Positions 45,680 to 54,451 of a DNA stretch of 64,000 nt are shown in pieces. Under the pieces are notes generated by a model. That model was given only the letters and a program-made list of their open reading frames with translations. It was not told the origin of the DNA and did not search any database. Position numbers and translations under genes: made by a program. Within the stretch, counting starts at the first letter, position 1. Each line of letters opens with the position of its first letter. Origin of the DNA: a virus (Duplodnaviria; Caudoviricetes); IMG/VR virus record IMGVR_UViG_3300017788_000018, positions 842 to 64,841 of that record. One strand, given 5' to 3'.

Positions 45680-46027
45680 TTACTCGGTCTCAACATACTC
45701 AGTTAGAGCCAGTGGCAAAGCTGCACAGAAGGCCCGTGCATCGTCCGAGGGCTCAAGGGCAACTGCCGTGTAGGCCATGCCAAGGTCAGGCTCTTGGAAA
45801 GAGGCCCATCGAAACTTCTTCTCGATAGCCTGCTGCATGATCAGCACCAGAGCCTTCTCATTCTCAACAGAGAGAAAGCAAAGGTGGTTGCTCCTGGAGA
45901 ACCACTCGGCTTCAAGCTCAGAGTGTCGAGCAATGAATTCACGAAACGCATGACAGGCCTGCACAGCCTGCGAACCAGGCGGAAAATCCCTCCGTGAGAT
46001 CAGATAGAGCTTTTGGTTGAAACGCAT
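45680..46027 (-). CDS. Peptidyl-tRNA hydrolase 2 (PTH2)-like protein
   Basis: KLYLISRRD...GSQAVQACHA...W...FQEPD...TAVALEP...LPL. Confidence 0.8.
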   Translation of the reverse strand: MRFNQKLYLISRRDFPPGSQAVQACHAFREFIARHSELEAEWFSRSNHLCFLSVENEKALVLIMQQAIEKKFRWASFQEPDLGMAYTAVALEPSDDARAFCAALPLALTEYVETE

Positions 46028-46062
46028 TGAGCATTTCCCTTCAAAAGGGGTAAATGTTGCTA

Positions 46063-46344
46063 TCAGAGGTAATAACCGAAACGTCTGAGGTGTTCGTTCA
46101 CTTCCTCAAGGGAATAGCCCATTGAGGTTTTGCCATTGTCGTCAACTGTTTTCATTGCGGCCAACATTTCCCTTAGATACATAAGGTCGGAGCAGGCCGA
46201 GGCCACATCGACAACCTTTTGATAGTTGAGGGAAACTGCTGCAAAGGCAATCTGAACAGCTAAGTCCTTGTCGAGATTGGAGAGAACGACACTCAGCGCA
46301 TCTTTCGATTTCTTTATCTGGGAAGCAGCATCATCAGTTGCCAT
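46063..46344 (-). CDS. Hypothetical protein
   Basis: ATG 6 nt after TATTTA. Confidence 0.65.
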   Translation of the reverse strand: MATDDAASQIKKSKDALSVVLSNLDKDLAVQIAFAAVSLNYQKVVDVASACSDLMYLREMLAAMKTVDDNGKTSMGYSLEEVNEHLRRFGYYL

Positions 46345-46646
46345 ATTGCCTAAATATGGCGATGAAAATGAGACTTGTGTCTCATGTTAAACCTGGCGTG
46401 GGTTTGCGGCCAAGTGAAGTCGAACACCTATAGCCGCAAACCCACTTCCCCTAATGGCATTCCCGATATGCGTTGGGGCGTGTGTGATGGCTGGTCTGAT
46501 TTGCAGTCAGGGATTTCATCGCACGACATATCAGTATTTAGAGCCTAGACACCGTAGAGACAATACATGCGACTCTAAAAAACATGTATTGTTTGACTTA
46601 CCCCTACAGAAATTTGCGTTGCGGTCGTTGGGCTCGATCGCGCAAC
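46340..46646 (+). ncRNA. Candidate structured non-coding RNA or cis element
   Basis: At least six consecutive stem-loops; G-U pairs form on the + strand; no convincing ORF. Confidence 0.5.
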
Positions 46647-46661
46647 ATGGAAGCTTTGATA

Positions 46662-47366
46662 TCAGGTGAAATCGGGAGCAACCTCAACGCTCCCCCGACC
46701 GTACATTTCAAATTCGCTTTCTCGCCAGCTAAGCTCCTCAACGAGGACCTTCTTAGCAGCACCAGAAACATTCTTGTTGGAAACGGCGTCCTTAAGGACT
46801 GCCAGGAGAATGGCCTGGTGGCCTCCTCGCAGTGTTTCATCGCTCAACTTGAATGCGTGGGGATCCGAGGCAAGTCGGCCCGTGGCAATCTTTCGCCCAA
46901 TGTCACGGGAGAAGCGATCACCCTTGTTGACGGCGTAGCCTCCCATCAATTGGACCTTGCTGGGATGACAAACGGCCATCTGGTACTCCAGGATATTCTG
47001 GTCACCATTGATTCGGGTGGCCAGAGTGATCACTCGATCCGTACCCTGAGCATAGGTGGGCCAAGAGGCCCGGTTCTCCATCGTGAACCGGGAAAGGTCT
47101 GCATGCTGCGTGATGTAGAGGAAATGCGTTCGTCCAACCGAGGGGCTGACGGCCGAGGTCCAACCCTCCCTCCGAGAGGGGAGATTGGGTTCGATGGCCT
47201 CACCAGGAGCCCTGCGCTTTGTGACCGGAAGCGACTTGGACTTGCTGCCCATCTTCTTGGGCGCAACAGGCTCCTTGGTCTTTACTGCCTTGGACACAGC
47301 CTTGGTGACTGCCCTGACAGCCTTCAGGGCCTTCTTTTCCTTCTTATCCTTGTTCTTCTTGGACAT
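46662..47366 (-). CDS. Protein with basic N-terminal tail and C...DxFxRxxGRxIA domain
   Basis: AVCHP...GDRFSRDIGRKIATGRL. Confidence 0.65.
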   Translation of the reverse strand: MSKKNKDKKEKKALKAVRAVTKAVSKAVKTKEPVAPKKMGSKSKSLPVTKRRAPGEAIEPNLPSRREGWTSAVSPSVGRTHFLYITQHADLSRFTMENRASWPTYAQGTDRVITLATRINGDQNILEYQMAVCHPSKVQLMGGYAVNKGDRFSRDIGRKIATGRLASDPHAFKLSDETLRGGHQAILLAVLKDAVSNKNVSGAAKKVLVEELSWRESEFEMYGRGSVEVAPDFT

Positions 47367-47439
47367 GACTTTTTGTGACTTTCTCTTTAGGAGGACTGTT
47401 TGACACTTGCGGAAGTTTGCGTGCTCCTTGGATTACCTT

Positions 47440-47468
47440 ACCCTAGCACACTCACTTTACCCTTTAAT
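47440..47468 (-). promoter_or_regulatory. sigma70-type early promoter
   Basis: ATTAAA-N17-TAGGGT with extended TG. Confidence 0.6.
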
Positions 47469-47474
47469 TGAATT

Positions 47475-47509
47475 CGGGGCGGTCCCGAAAGACCGCCCCG
47501 TTTTCTTGT
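47475..47509. terminator. GC-rich hairpin, probable terminator
   Basis: CGGGGCGGTC-ccgaaa-GACCGCCCCG; the T run is on the + strand. Confidence 0.7.
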
Positions 47510-47540
47510 TACTTTACCCTAGCCGGTAAATCAACTCCTA

Positions 47541-48827
47541 TCAGCGACGAGCACCTCGGGTGCGGGGAGCCGGGGCTCCACCAGCCGCCCCGGCTGCTGC
47601 TGCCTGGGCAGCGGCCTTCGTTGCCGCCTTGGCCTCTGCCGAACGGCGCTCGGGCTTCGGAAGGTCTGCCACCGATGCGCCCGTGGCTGCACGAACGATC
47701 AGGGGCATCACATACTGGTGAATCATTGCCTGATTCTTGCTCGACTTCTGGATGTGCTGCCAGAGCGTCATGCGGGGCTCGGGAGCCAGGTCGTACATGC
47801 AAAGAGCAAGCTCGATTGCCTGGTCCTGGTCGAGAACGTTCTTCTTGATCCAGTCGCCGAGCTTGGCCGTGATCTCCACGAAAATCTCGTTGGAGGTCTT
47901 GCCGAGCTTCACAAGGGCCTTGTCCCAATCCGCAAGGATCTCGGCGGCCGAAACCTGACGGTCACGCTCGGCACAGAACTTCTTGAAGAGACCAGCGGCG
48001 TTGATTCCGACGAAAGCGCCCGTGAGAACGTAGAACATCGGATCTTCCACGTTGTCATAGAGCTTGTGCGAGCGAAGCTCCTCGTCAAGGGCCACCCAGG
48101 CACGACGATCGGGATACTTCTTGTTCGACTCGAACGGACCCTCGTGCTCGATCTGAGCCTCGTTCTGACGGCAGAATTCCACCAGGGCTCCATCGCAACG
48201 GGTCGAAATGTAGTCGATCCACTCCGCACGGGAAGGGTTCAACTCCACGATCGCACCACGGCTTACCTCGGCAGGATCGGACTGGTTCACCGTGTAAGCG
48301 TCGCCGATGTTCTCAGCGATGGCGATGAACGTCTCGTCGTGGAGACGGTTGCCGTAGAAGGCCTTGGAATCGGCAAGCTGGAACACGGCCTGCTTGACGC
48401 CCTCAAGCGCCCGGTTGCGCTCGTCAAGGAAGAGAACCACCGGAAACTCGCATGCCTGAATCAGCCAGTCAACCGGCTTGAACATCGTGGACTTGGAGTT
48501 GCCGTCGAGCATGGGGAGACCGATGATATCGCCCTCCGTCATCTGCGAAAGACGGCGCTCGATCACGGGCACGCCCATTTCGTACTTCCATTCCGTGACC
48601 TGATTCTTCGCACGAAGGTACGGAAGCGACCCACCAAGGGCCTTCACCATACGTGCGCAATACGAGGGATCCTTGTAGGCCTCGCAACGTCGGGTGCTGG
48701 CACCCTGGTAAATGCCCTCCGACTTACCCACGGCGTGACGCCCACGCACCACGAGCGTGCGATCGGGAGAGAGCATCGTCATAAGACGCTGCATGTTCTT
48801 CATGGAAACGGGAAGGGAAAGACTCAT
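47541..48827 (-). CDS. MoxR/dynein-related AAA+ ATPase
   Basis: GRHAVGKS (Walker A), GDIIGLP, LFLDERNRA (Walker B), DPAEVSR; AAGGAG SD. Confidence 0.88.
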   Translation of the reverse strand: MSLSLPVSMKNMQRLMTMLSPDRTLVVRGRHAVGKSEGIYQGASTRRCEAYKDPSYCARMVKALGGSLPYLRAKNQVTEWKYEMGVPVIERRLSQMTEGDIIGLPMLDGNSKSTMFKPVDWLIQACEFPVVLFLDERNRALEGVKQAVFQLADSKAFYGNRLHDETFIAIAENIGDAYTVNQSDPAEVSRGAIVELNPSRAEWIDYISTRCDGALVEFCRQNEAQIEHEGPFESNKKYPDRRAWVALDEELRSHKLYDNVEDPMFYVLTGAFVGINAAGLFKKFCAERDRQVSAAEILADWDKALVKLGKTSNEIFVEITAKLGDWIKKNVLDQDQAIELALCMYDLAPEPRMTLWQHIQKSSKNQAMIHQYVMPLIVRAATGASVADLPKPERRSAEAKAATKAAAQAAAAGAAGGAPAPRTRGARR

Positions 48828-48936
48828 GTTGGAAACTCCTTTGAACGGGTTGTTTGTGGATTGCTAGGGTAACTCGGTTTGCCCGTCCAGCCAGAGAAGC
48901 CAGCCAGGCGGTTTATCAACCTTTGTTCGATATCTA

Positions 48937-48982
48937 ACTGTAGCACGGCCTGGGGCAACATTTAGCTATTATTTTTCAAGGG
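48937..48982 (-). promoter_or_regulatory. sigma70-type early promoter
   Basis: CCCTTGA-AAAATAATAG-CTAAAT-N17-TACAGT. Confidence 0.65.
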
Positions 48983-49225
48983 AAAACGCATGTTTTTGGG
49001 TCGGTCCCCTTGCCTTCCAAGGGGGAAACAAAATTCGTACTAAGGGAATTTCCCTAATTGAAACAAAAACGTAATCCCCTAGGTCTCCCCTAATTGGTAG
49101 GGTTCCACTCTTCCCTGGTTTCTGGAATAAATGCCCAGAAAAGCAGAACAAAATAATCGGACAAAGCTCTCTGGCCGATTATACTTATGGAACGGGTACT
49201 TAGTGTTCGAAAACTGGCCGTTTTT

Positions 49226-49270
49226 CCTTGCGAAAAATGTCTTTAAAGTGCAAGTGAAGTATGCTAGGAT
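49226..49270 (+). promoter_or_regulatory. sigma70-type early promoter (likely leaderless transcript)
   Basis: CCTTGCG-AAAAATGTC-TTTAAA-N17-TAGGAT; ATG 6 nt downstream. Confidence 0.8.
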
Positions 49271-49276
49271 TTTCCA

Positions 49277-50632
49277 ATGACCACCAACACCGCTAATTCG
49301 CCCGCACCGAACGCTCCCACGACGGAGGAAGCCTCTGCTGAATCTCGTGCGCCGGCGATCGATCCCGAAAACTACCTGCGCCGCTCGGACGAATTCGATG
49401 CGGATTTCCTTGCGCTCTACATGTGGGATCCATTCCTGGGTGCCGTGAGCATGGACGTAACGAAGTTTGCCGATCCCAAGTGCCCAACGGCCTACATCGG
49501 TATCCGTAAGAACGGAGCACGTTTCGACGTTGTGATGGGCTACAGCCCCAAGTTTTTCCGTGGCCTTTCTTCCAACGAGCGCCAGGGCGTGATCAAGCAC
49601 GAGCTTTATCACATGATCTTCCAGCACATTTTCTCTCGTGCAGTGGCCGAGGGTTCCGACCAGAAGCTCTGGAATTGGGCGACTGACATGGCGATCAACT
49701 CGCTCATTGGCGCTGAGAACCTTCCCCGCATGTGCCTGATTCCGGGTCAGAATCCGATCGACCCCAAGACGGGCAAGCCCATTGAGGGTCCTTACGCAAC
49801 CTACATGAAGTCGGCCGCAAAGCTTCAGGCCAGCGACCACTACTATGATGAGCTTCGCAAGATCCGTGATGAGAATGGCGAGAACACCGACGACTTCGCC
49901 ATCCTGAGCAGCATGGACAACCACGACGAGTGGGCGGACATTGATCCTGAGGTCATGGAAGAGTTGCGTGACAAGGTGAAGGGAATGATCGCCAATGGCG
50001 CTCGTCGTGCAGACCGGGACAACTCCTGGGGCACCGTGAGCCACGCCATTCAGGAGTACATTCGCAAGCTCCTGTCCAACGAGGTTGACTGGCGCTCGAT
50101 CATCCGTAACTTCGTGGGCCGTGCTCGCACGCTGGAGCGTTACTCCACGATCAAGCGAATCAACAAGAAGTTCCCCTATGTGCAGCCCGGCGTGAAGCGC
50201 CCGATGCGTGCCAACTTTGCGTGCTTCATGGATCAGTCGGGCTCCATGAGCGACGAGGACATTGCCCTTCTGTTCAGTGAGCTTGGCAACCTTGCGAACC
50301 TCACGACCCTGGACGTGTACCACTTCGACACGGAGATTGACGAGAAGAGCCATCACGTTTGGAAGCGTGGAGACAATACGCCCAAGCAGCTCCGCACCCG
50401 TGGTGGTGGCACGGATTTCCAGGCAGTTGCGGATTTCTGCAATCGTCAGGAGAATCGCCATCGCTGGTCGGGTGTCATCATCCTCACGGATGGTTACGCC
50501 CCGAAGATGGGCGCAATCAACGGAGCCCGAACGCTTTGGGTGGTGACGCCCACGGGCACCTTGGAGCACGTTCGTCCCGGCGACTTGTGCTGCCAGATGA
50601 AGAAGGACAACGGTCAATTCAAGCGGTACTGA
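49277..50632 (+). CDS. DUF2201-type zincin metallopeptidase plus vWA protein
   Basis: KHELYH, WNWATDMAIN, DQSGSM (MIDAS), GGGTDF, ILTDG. Confidence 0.9.
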   Translation: MTTNTANSPAPNAPTTEEASAESRAPAIDPENYLRRSDEFDADFLALYMWDPFLGAVSMDVTKFADPKCPTAYIGIRKNGARFDVVMGYSPKFFRGLSSNERQGVIKHELYHMIFQHIFSRAVAEGSDQKLWNWATDMAINSLIGAENLPRMCLIPGQNPIDPKTGKPIEGPYATYMKSAAKLQASDHYYDELRKIRDENGENTDDFAILSSMDNHDEWADIDPEVMEELRDKVKGMIANGARRADRDNSWGTVSHAIQEYIRKLLSNEVDWRSIIRNFVGRARTLERYSTIKRINKKFPYVQPGVKRPMRANFACFMDQSGSMSDEDIALLFSELGNLANLTTLDVYHFDTEIDEKSHHVWKRGDNTPKQLRTRGGGTDFQAVADFCNRQENRHRWSGVIILTDGYAPKMGAINGARTLWVVTPTGTLEHVRPGDLCCQMKKDNGQFKRY

Positions 50633-50636
50633 CAAA

Positions 50637-50702
50637 AGGCCCCGAAAGGGGCCTAGCGTCGAGTAAGGCCTGCCCAAGGAAGGGACCAGGCCTTTTCTTT
50701 TG
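50637..50702 (+). terminator. Tandem hairpins / terminator
   Basis: AGGCCCC-gaaa-GGGGCCT, then AAGGCCTG...CAGGCCTT-TTCTTTT. Confidence 0.8.
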
Positions 50703-50725
50703 ACCTCAAACTCAGAGTATAGAGC

Positions 50726-51268
50726 ATGCTAGCACCTCTTGATGAATTCGAAAACTATGGTCAGGTGTCTGTGAACGCCCAGGACTATTGCGCTCGGTGG
50801 CAAGACAAGGTTGGCATGCTTTATACTCCGAAGGGCATAGATGAGATTGTTCCAGCCGTGCTAGGTGAATCTCAGCACGGTTTGGGATTTGCAAAATCCG
50901 TTACGGTCGAGTACTCCAAGGCTTGGTCCTTTGGGAAACAGGACGACGAAGACGACGATGACTTAGAGAATGAGGAGGATCGCCCGATCGGGATGTTCCT
51001 GGGGATGTTTCCAACAATTGTTTCAGGGGCATTCTCACAAAGTGTCTATCGCAGCTACTTCCTTCCCGTTTTTTTGCTCATGGATAAGACCGTGGTAATG
51101 TATCCTAGCGGTTACTACTTCAACCGGTTCACATCCGACAAGGATTCGTGGTTTTGGGAGAAGTTTACTCTTGTCCAACAATGGAGCAGGTGTACTTCAT
51201 CCCACACTTGCAGCGTGGGAATCACTCAGTTTGCATGGAAGCAGATGTACCATGAGGTACGCCCATGA
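50726..51268 (+). CDS. Paralog family D copy 1
   Basis: NAQDY..RW...GMLYT, SQHGLGFA, GMFLGMFP, PVFL. Confidence 0.75.
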   Translation: MLAPLDEFENYGQVSVNAQDYCARWQDKVGMLYTPKGIDEIVPAVLGESQHGLGFAKSVTVEYSKAWSFGKQDDEDDDDLENEEDRPIGMFLGMFPTIVSGAFSQSVYRSYFLPVFLLMDKTVVMYPSGYYFNRFTSDKDSWFWEKFTLVQQWSRCTSSHTCSVGITQFAWKQMYHEVRP

Positions 51269-51828
51269 GACGCTATCCCTATTGGGAAGCCAGTGTTTAC
51301 GCTGTTTTTGAGCGAAACGCCATGGACTACCTAAAGAAGTGGGAACCCATGATTGGTAAGCTCTACACCATTAGGCGAAGCCTCAATGATGTCAACCTGA
51401 CGCAAGTTAAACTTGTGGACTCGGAACACGGCTTGGATTTTGCGCATAGTCTACGCGTGCTTGAAGACAGGGGCAGTCTGGGGTTGTTTGGACCTGAACC
51501 ATGCCCAGCGGGCATGTTCCTAGGTCTCTTTCCTTCGTTTGACTATACAGGCGCTGATGAGGTGGTTTTTAGACCGGTGTTTTTGCGTGATGAAACGCTT
51601 TGCACTATCAGCCTCGATCGACGACCTCACGCACCCGGTCTGGGCAGGCGTGGTGCCGCTGCGCCCCGGTCGCGAGCAGCGTTCACAGAAACCGACTCTG
51701 ATAAATGGCAGGTCTTTGATTTGGCTTGCCGCTTTAGCAAAAACACCTCAGTCACGCATGTGGCCTTCGGCCCAACCATGGTTGCCTGGAATGAAGTTTT
51801 TTGCGAGCTTCCCACAAATTCCCCTTAG
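51265..51828 (+). CDS. Paralog family D copy 2
   Basis: NAMDY..KW...GKLYT, SEHGLDFA, GMFLGLFP, PVFL. Confidence 0.75.
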   Translation: MRRYPYWEASVYAVFERNAMDYLKKWEPMIGKLYTIRRSLNDVNLTQVKLVDSEHGLDFAHSLRVLEDRGSLGLFGPEPCPAGMFLGLFPSFDYTGADEVVFRPVFLRDETLCTISLDRRPHAPGLGRRGAAAPRSRAAFTETDSDKWQVFDLACRFSKNTSVTHVAFGPTMVAWNEVFCELPTNSP

Positions 51829-51868
51829 GGAATAATGCCTTTAAAGGCCCTCGCATTCGTGCTATACT
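51822..51868 (+). promoter_or_regulatory. sigma70-type early promoter
   Basis: AATAATGCC-TTTAAA-N17-TATACT. Confidence 0.8.
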
Positions 51869-51904
51869 AAATTGATCAGAAATTCGCAGAGAAACAGGTT
51901 CAAA

Positions 51905-52402
51905 ATGATGAAGCACAACAAGACCAGCATCGAAGCCCAACTCAACCCGAAGTGCGTGATCCTCCGAGGAATCTCTGGCTCGGGGAAGAGTACCTTCATC
52001 GCCAAGAATCTTCAGGGTGCGGAGGTGTGCTCGGCCGATAACTTCCCGGACCTTTACGAGGGACCGGACAAGGTTTTCAACCCCAAGAAGCTCGGGGATG
52101 CTCACCGATGGTGCATGCAGAAGTTCATCCGTGCCACGACGCACCTCGATCCCATCGGTCGAGCAAACCTTGTGGTGGTGGACAATACCAACCTCATGCT
52201 TTGGGAGTTCATGGGCTATGTCCAGATTGCTGGGGCCATGGGGTATGAGGTCCAGATCATTCAAATGGACACGCCAGTTCACATCGCTGCAAAGCGCAAC
52301 GTGCATGGCGTTTCCATGAACAAGGTCGAGGACATGAGCCGTCGTTTCCAGCGAATCCCACCTTTCCTTGGTTTGAACGAGAAGATCGTCAAGGGCGTCT
52401 GA
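51905..52402 (+). CDS. N4BP2/AAA_33-like polynucleotide kinase
   Basis: LRGISGSGKST, CSAD, VVDNTN, RNVHGV. Confidence 0.85.
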   Translation: MMKHNKTSIEAQLNPKCVILRGISGSGKSTFIAKNLQGAEVCSADNFPDLYEGPDKVFNPKKLGDAHRWCMQKFIRATTHLDPIGRANLVVVDNTNLMLWEFMGYVQIAGAMGYEVQIIQMDTPVHIAAKRNVHGVSMNKVEDMSRRFQRIPPFLGLNEKIVKGV

Positions 52403-52443
52403 GACTCACTAACCAAGAAACTCTCTAGTAAGGAAACAGGAAA

Positions 52444-52773
52444 ATGGGTTACATCGCACATCACGCCATGGTCATCACCGGTTGGGACGACGACACCACC
52501 GAGCGGGCTCACTCCTTCTGTACGGAGCTTGGGCTTAAGCCCGGTCCGATCACCGAGGTTCAGGTGAACCTCTATCGGAGTTTCTTTGTGCCCCCGGATG
52601 GTTCCAAGGAGGGCTGGGAAACGAGCGATGAGCGTGATGAGGCTCGTCGTGAGTTTCGGCGGTATCTTCGAGCCACTCGGGGCCTGGATTGGGCCGAGGT
52701 CCGTTTCGGAGGGGACAATCCTGAGTGGGCCCAGCTAGAACACTTTTCTAGCAAGGAAGATGACGAAGACTGA
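52444..52773 (+). CDS. Phage hypothetical protein with PDGSKEGW motif
   Basis: AGGA SD; SFFVPPDGSKEGW. Confidence 0.75.
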   Translation: MGYIAHHAMVITGWDDDTTERAHSFCTELGLKPGPITEVQVNLYRSFFVPPDGSKEGWETSDERDEARREFRRYLRATRGLDWAEVRFGGDNPEWAQLEHFSSKEDDED

Positions 52774-52854
52774 CCGCTTCTCGGACAGCCGCAACGATAA
52801 TCGAAGGGTGCTCGGATATTTAGTCCAAGCACCCTTTTTCATTTCCACAAACCA

Positions 52855-53226
52855 ATGTCACAACAGCAAGACATACACGCCAGGATTCGAGACCTTCAGA
52901 GAAGGAATGAGGCTGTGCGCCATGGCATGCGAGAGGCCACGGATGACACCAAGGGCTTCTGGAAGGATCCCAGGACCATCTTCGGCATTCTTCTGACCTG
53001 CGTGTTCTCTGCTGTGTGGGTGGTGGCGAGCTGGGAAATTCGAGACGCTGCCTTTGAGTCAGGGAGGCGCTCGGTCTATGAACCTGCCTGTGTGGCCTCG
53101 TGCGAGAGACGCCTCAGCGGCATGGACGACCTTCGGTTGACGAGGGGCACCTTCACTTGCTTCTGTGAGGATGGTACCCGTCTTCAACCGGTTCAGTCCA
53201 GATTGTTTACCAACTTTGAGGACTAA
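52855..53226 (+). CDS. Single-TM protein with Cys-rich C-terminal domain
   Basis: TM IFGILLTCVFSAVWVVA; CVASC...CFC. Confidence 0.65.
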   Translation: MSQQQDIHARIRDLQRRNEAVRHGMREATDDTKGFWKDPRTIFGILLTCVFSAVWVVASWEIRDAAFESGRRSVYEPACVASCERRLSGMDDLRLTRGTFTCFCEDGTRLQPVQSRLFTNFED

Positions 53227-53561
53227 CGGGAGCTTGAGAAGAACACCTGATGAGGAATCATCTTAAGGGTGCGCTCAATCATTCCAAGGGTTAGTTCAAC
53301 GTCGGCCATCTCAGCCTCAAGGCCCACTGAGTTCCTCTGAGAGGTATCCACGGCCTGAATGGCCTGACTTACCAACTCAACAAACTCGGCCTGAGAATTA
53401 ACGCCGTCTGGTGCCAGTTCCAGAATGGTGTCCTGAACAGCCTTCATCAGGGTTTCTTTCCAGAGATAGGCCTTGCCTATCTCGCCTCGAGAAACTTGCT
53501 CCCAAAGAGAGTTGAGTTGCAACCAGCCGACTAGGCGTTCTTTTTCTGTGATTGTGGACAT
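53223..53561 (-). CDS. Hypothetical protein
   Basis: TAATTA 8 nt before ATG. Confidence 0.65.
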   Translation of the reverse strand: MSTITEKERLVGWLQLNSLWEQVSRGEIGKAYLWKETLMKAVQDTILELAPDGVNSQAEFVELVSQAIQAVDTSQRNSVGLEAEMADVELTLGMIERTLKMIPHQVFFSSSR

Positions 53562-53572
53562 GCAAAGGGTAA

Positions 53573-54331
53573 TTACGTACCCAAAACCTTCTTGTGTATG
53601 AGCCGCAGTCTTTCTCTGAAATCGGCCGGATAGGACTGATCACGGAAGGGTTCGAGCCACTGAGGCAAAACCCATAGAAACTTGGGCAGGGTATGCTCGT
53701 TGACTAGCTGGACATTTTCTGAATTGTCCCAAACGCCTAGGCTGCATTTCCAATAGGTCTTGCTGGACAAGACCATCTTGGTGCGCCTTATCTGCCTATA
53801 GAGCGTCTTGGAAAAGAGAGGGACGAGACTAAGCTTTGCCTGCTGCGGCTCTGTAAAAGAAGGATGGTAGGGAAATGGTGACCACTTCGGGAAGCCCTTG
53901 AGCATGGAGTAGGGCATGTTTGTGTCCCAGGGATCCTGGTCTAGGTACTTCATGTTATGAGCCCCGCGGCTCCCAAAGACAGAGGTTACCTCATAGGGAT
54001 CCTTTGGATTCGAGACCACTGGATAGTAGTGGCCGTAGGCATTGTTGCGATATGCAGGAATCTGAAAGGGCGAGTTGCCTTGCGGTGGAGCAGGATAGCC
54101 AACCGGATACGCTACGTCCTGTTCCTTTGGAGCCAAGTGATTTCGGGCAAGATACTCATCCGAGATAAAGACGGGCAACGCAGGATCTTGCTTCAGAGAT
54201 CGGCTCATGGCATACAGAATTGCTGCATGTTTGTCCTGAGGATAGTCGGTAGCAATGAACATTCCGTTGAAGTGTTCCTTGTACTGATACATGAGGCCCG
54301 CTGTAATTTCGTGGTCGGTTGTGTTGCTCAC
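53573..54331 (-). CDS. Hypothetical protein
   Basis: 252 aa, Pro/Tyr-rich; promoter-like TTTAAG-N18-TATACT at 54390-54419. Confidence 0.65.
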   Translation of the reverse strand: MSNTTDHEITAGLMYQYKEHFNGMFIATDYPQDKHAAILYAMSRSLKQDPALPVFISDEYLARNHLAPKEQDVAYPVGYPAPPQGNSPFQIPAYRNNAYGHYYPVVSNPKDPYEVTSVFGSRGAHNMKYLDQDPWDTNMPYSMLKGFPKWSPFPYHPSFTEPQQAKLSLVPLFSKTLYRQIRRTKMVLSSKTYWKCSLGVWDNSENVQLVNEHTLPKFLWVLPQWLEPFRDQSYPADFRERLRLIHKKVLGT

Positions 54332-54451
54332 TATAGTTTGCTTTCAGCAAGAGGTTATTGTTTTTGAGACCCGCCTGGGGCCTCTTCCAAGTATACACGA
54401 AACCCGGAAGGCGCTTAAACAGATAGGCGATTTTCGGGTATACTTACTCGT

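Noticed and set aside
48828-48930. GGGCAAACC in the AAA ATPase leader, suggesting a c-di-GMP-I riboswitch
   Set aside because: Lacks the GNRA loop, the GCAAAG segment and the receptor stem.
47718-50677. Long antisense ORFs (47718-48872, 49079-50677; also 9286-10305, 35207-36013, 36341-37144)
   Set aside because: Shadows of strongly codon-biased real genes on the opposite strand, with no motifs of their own.
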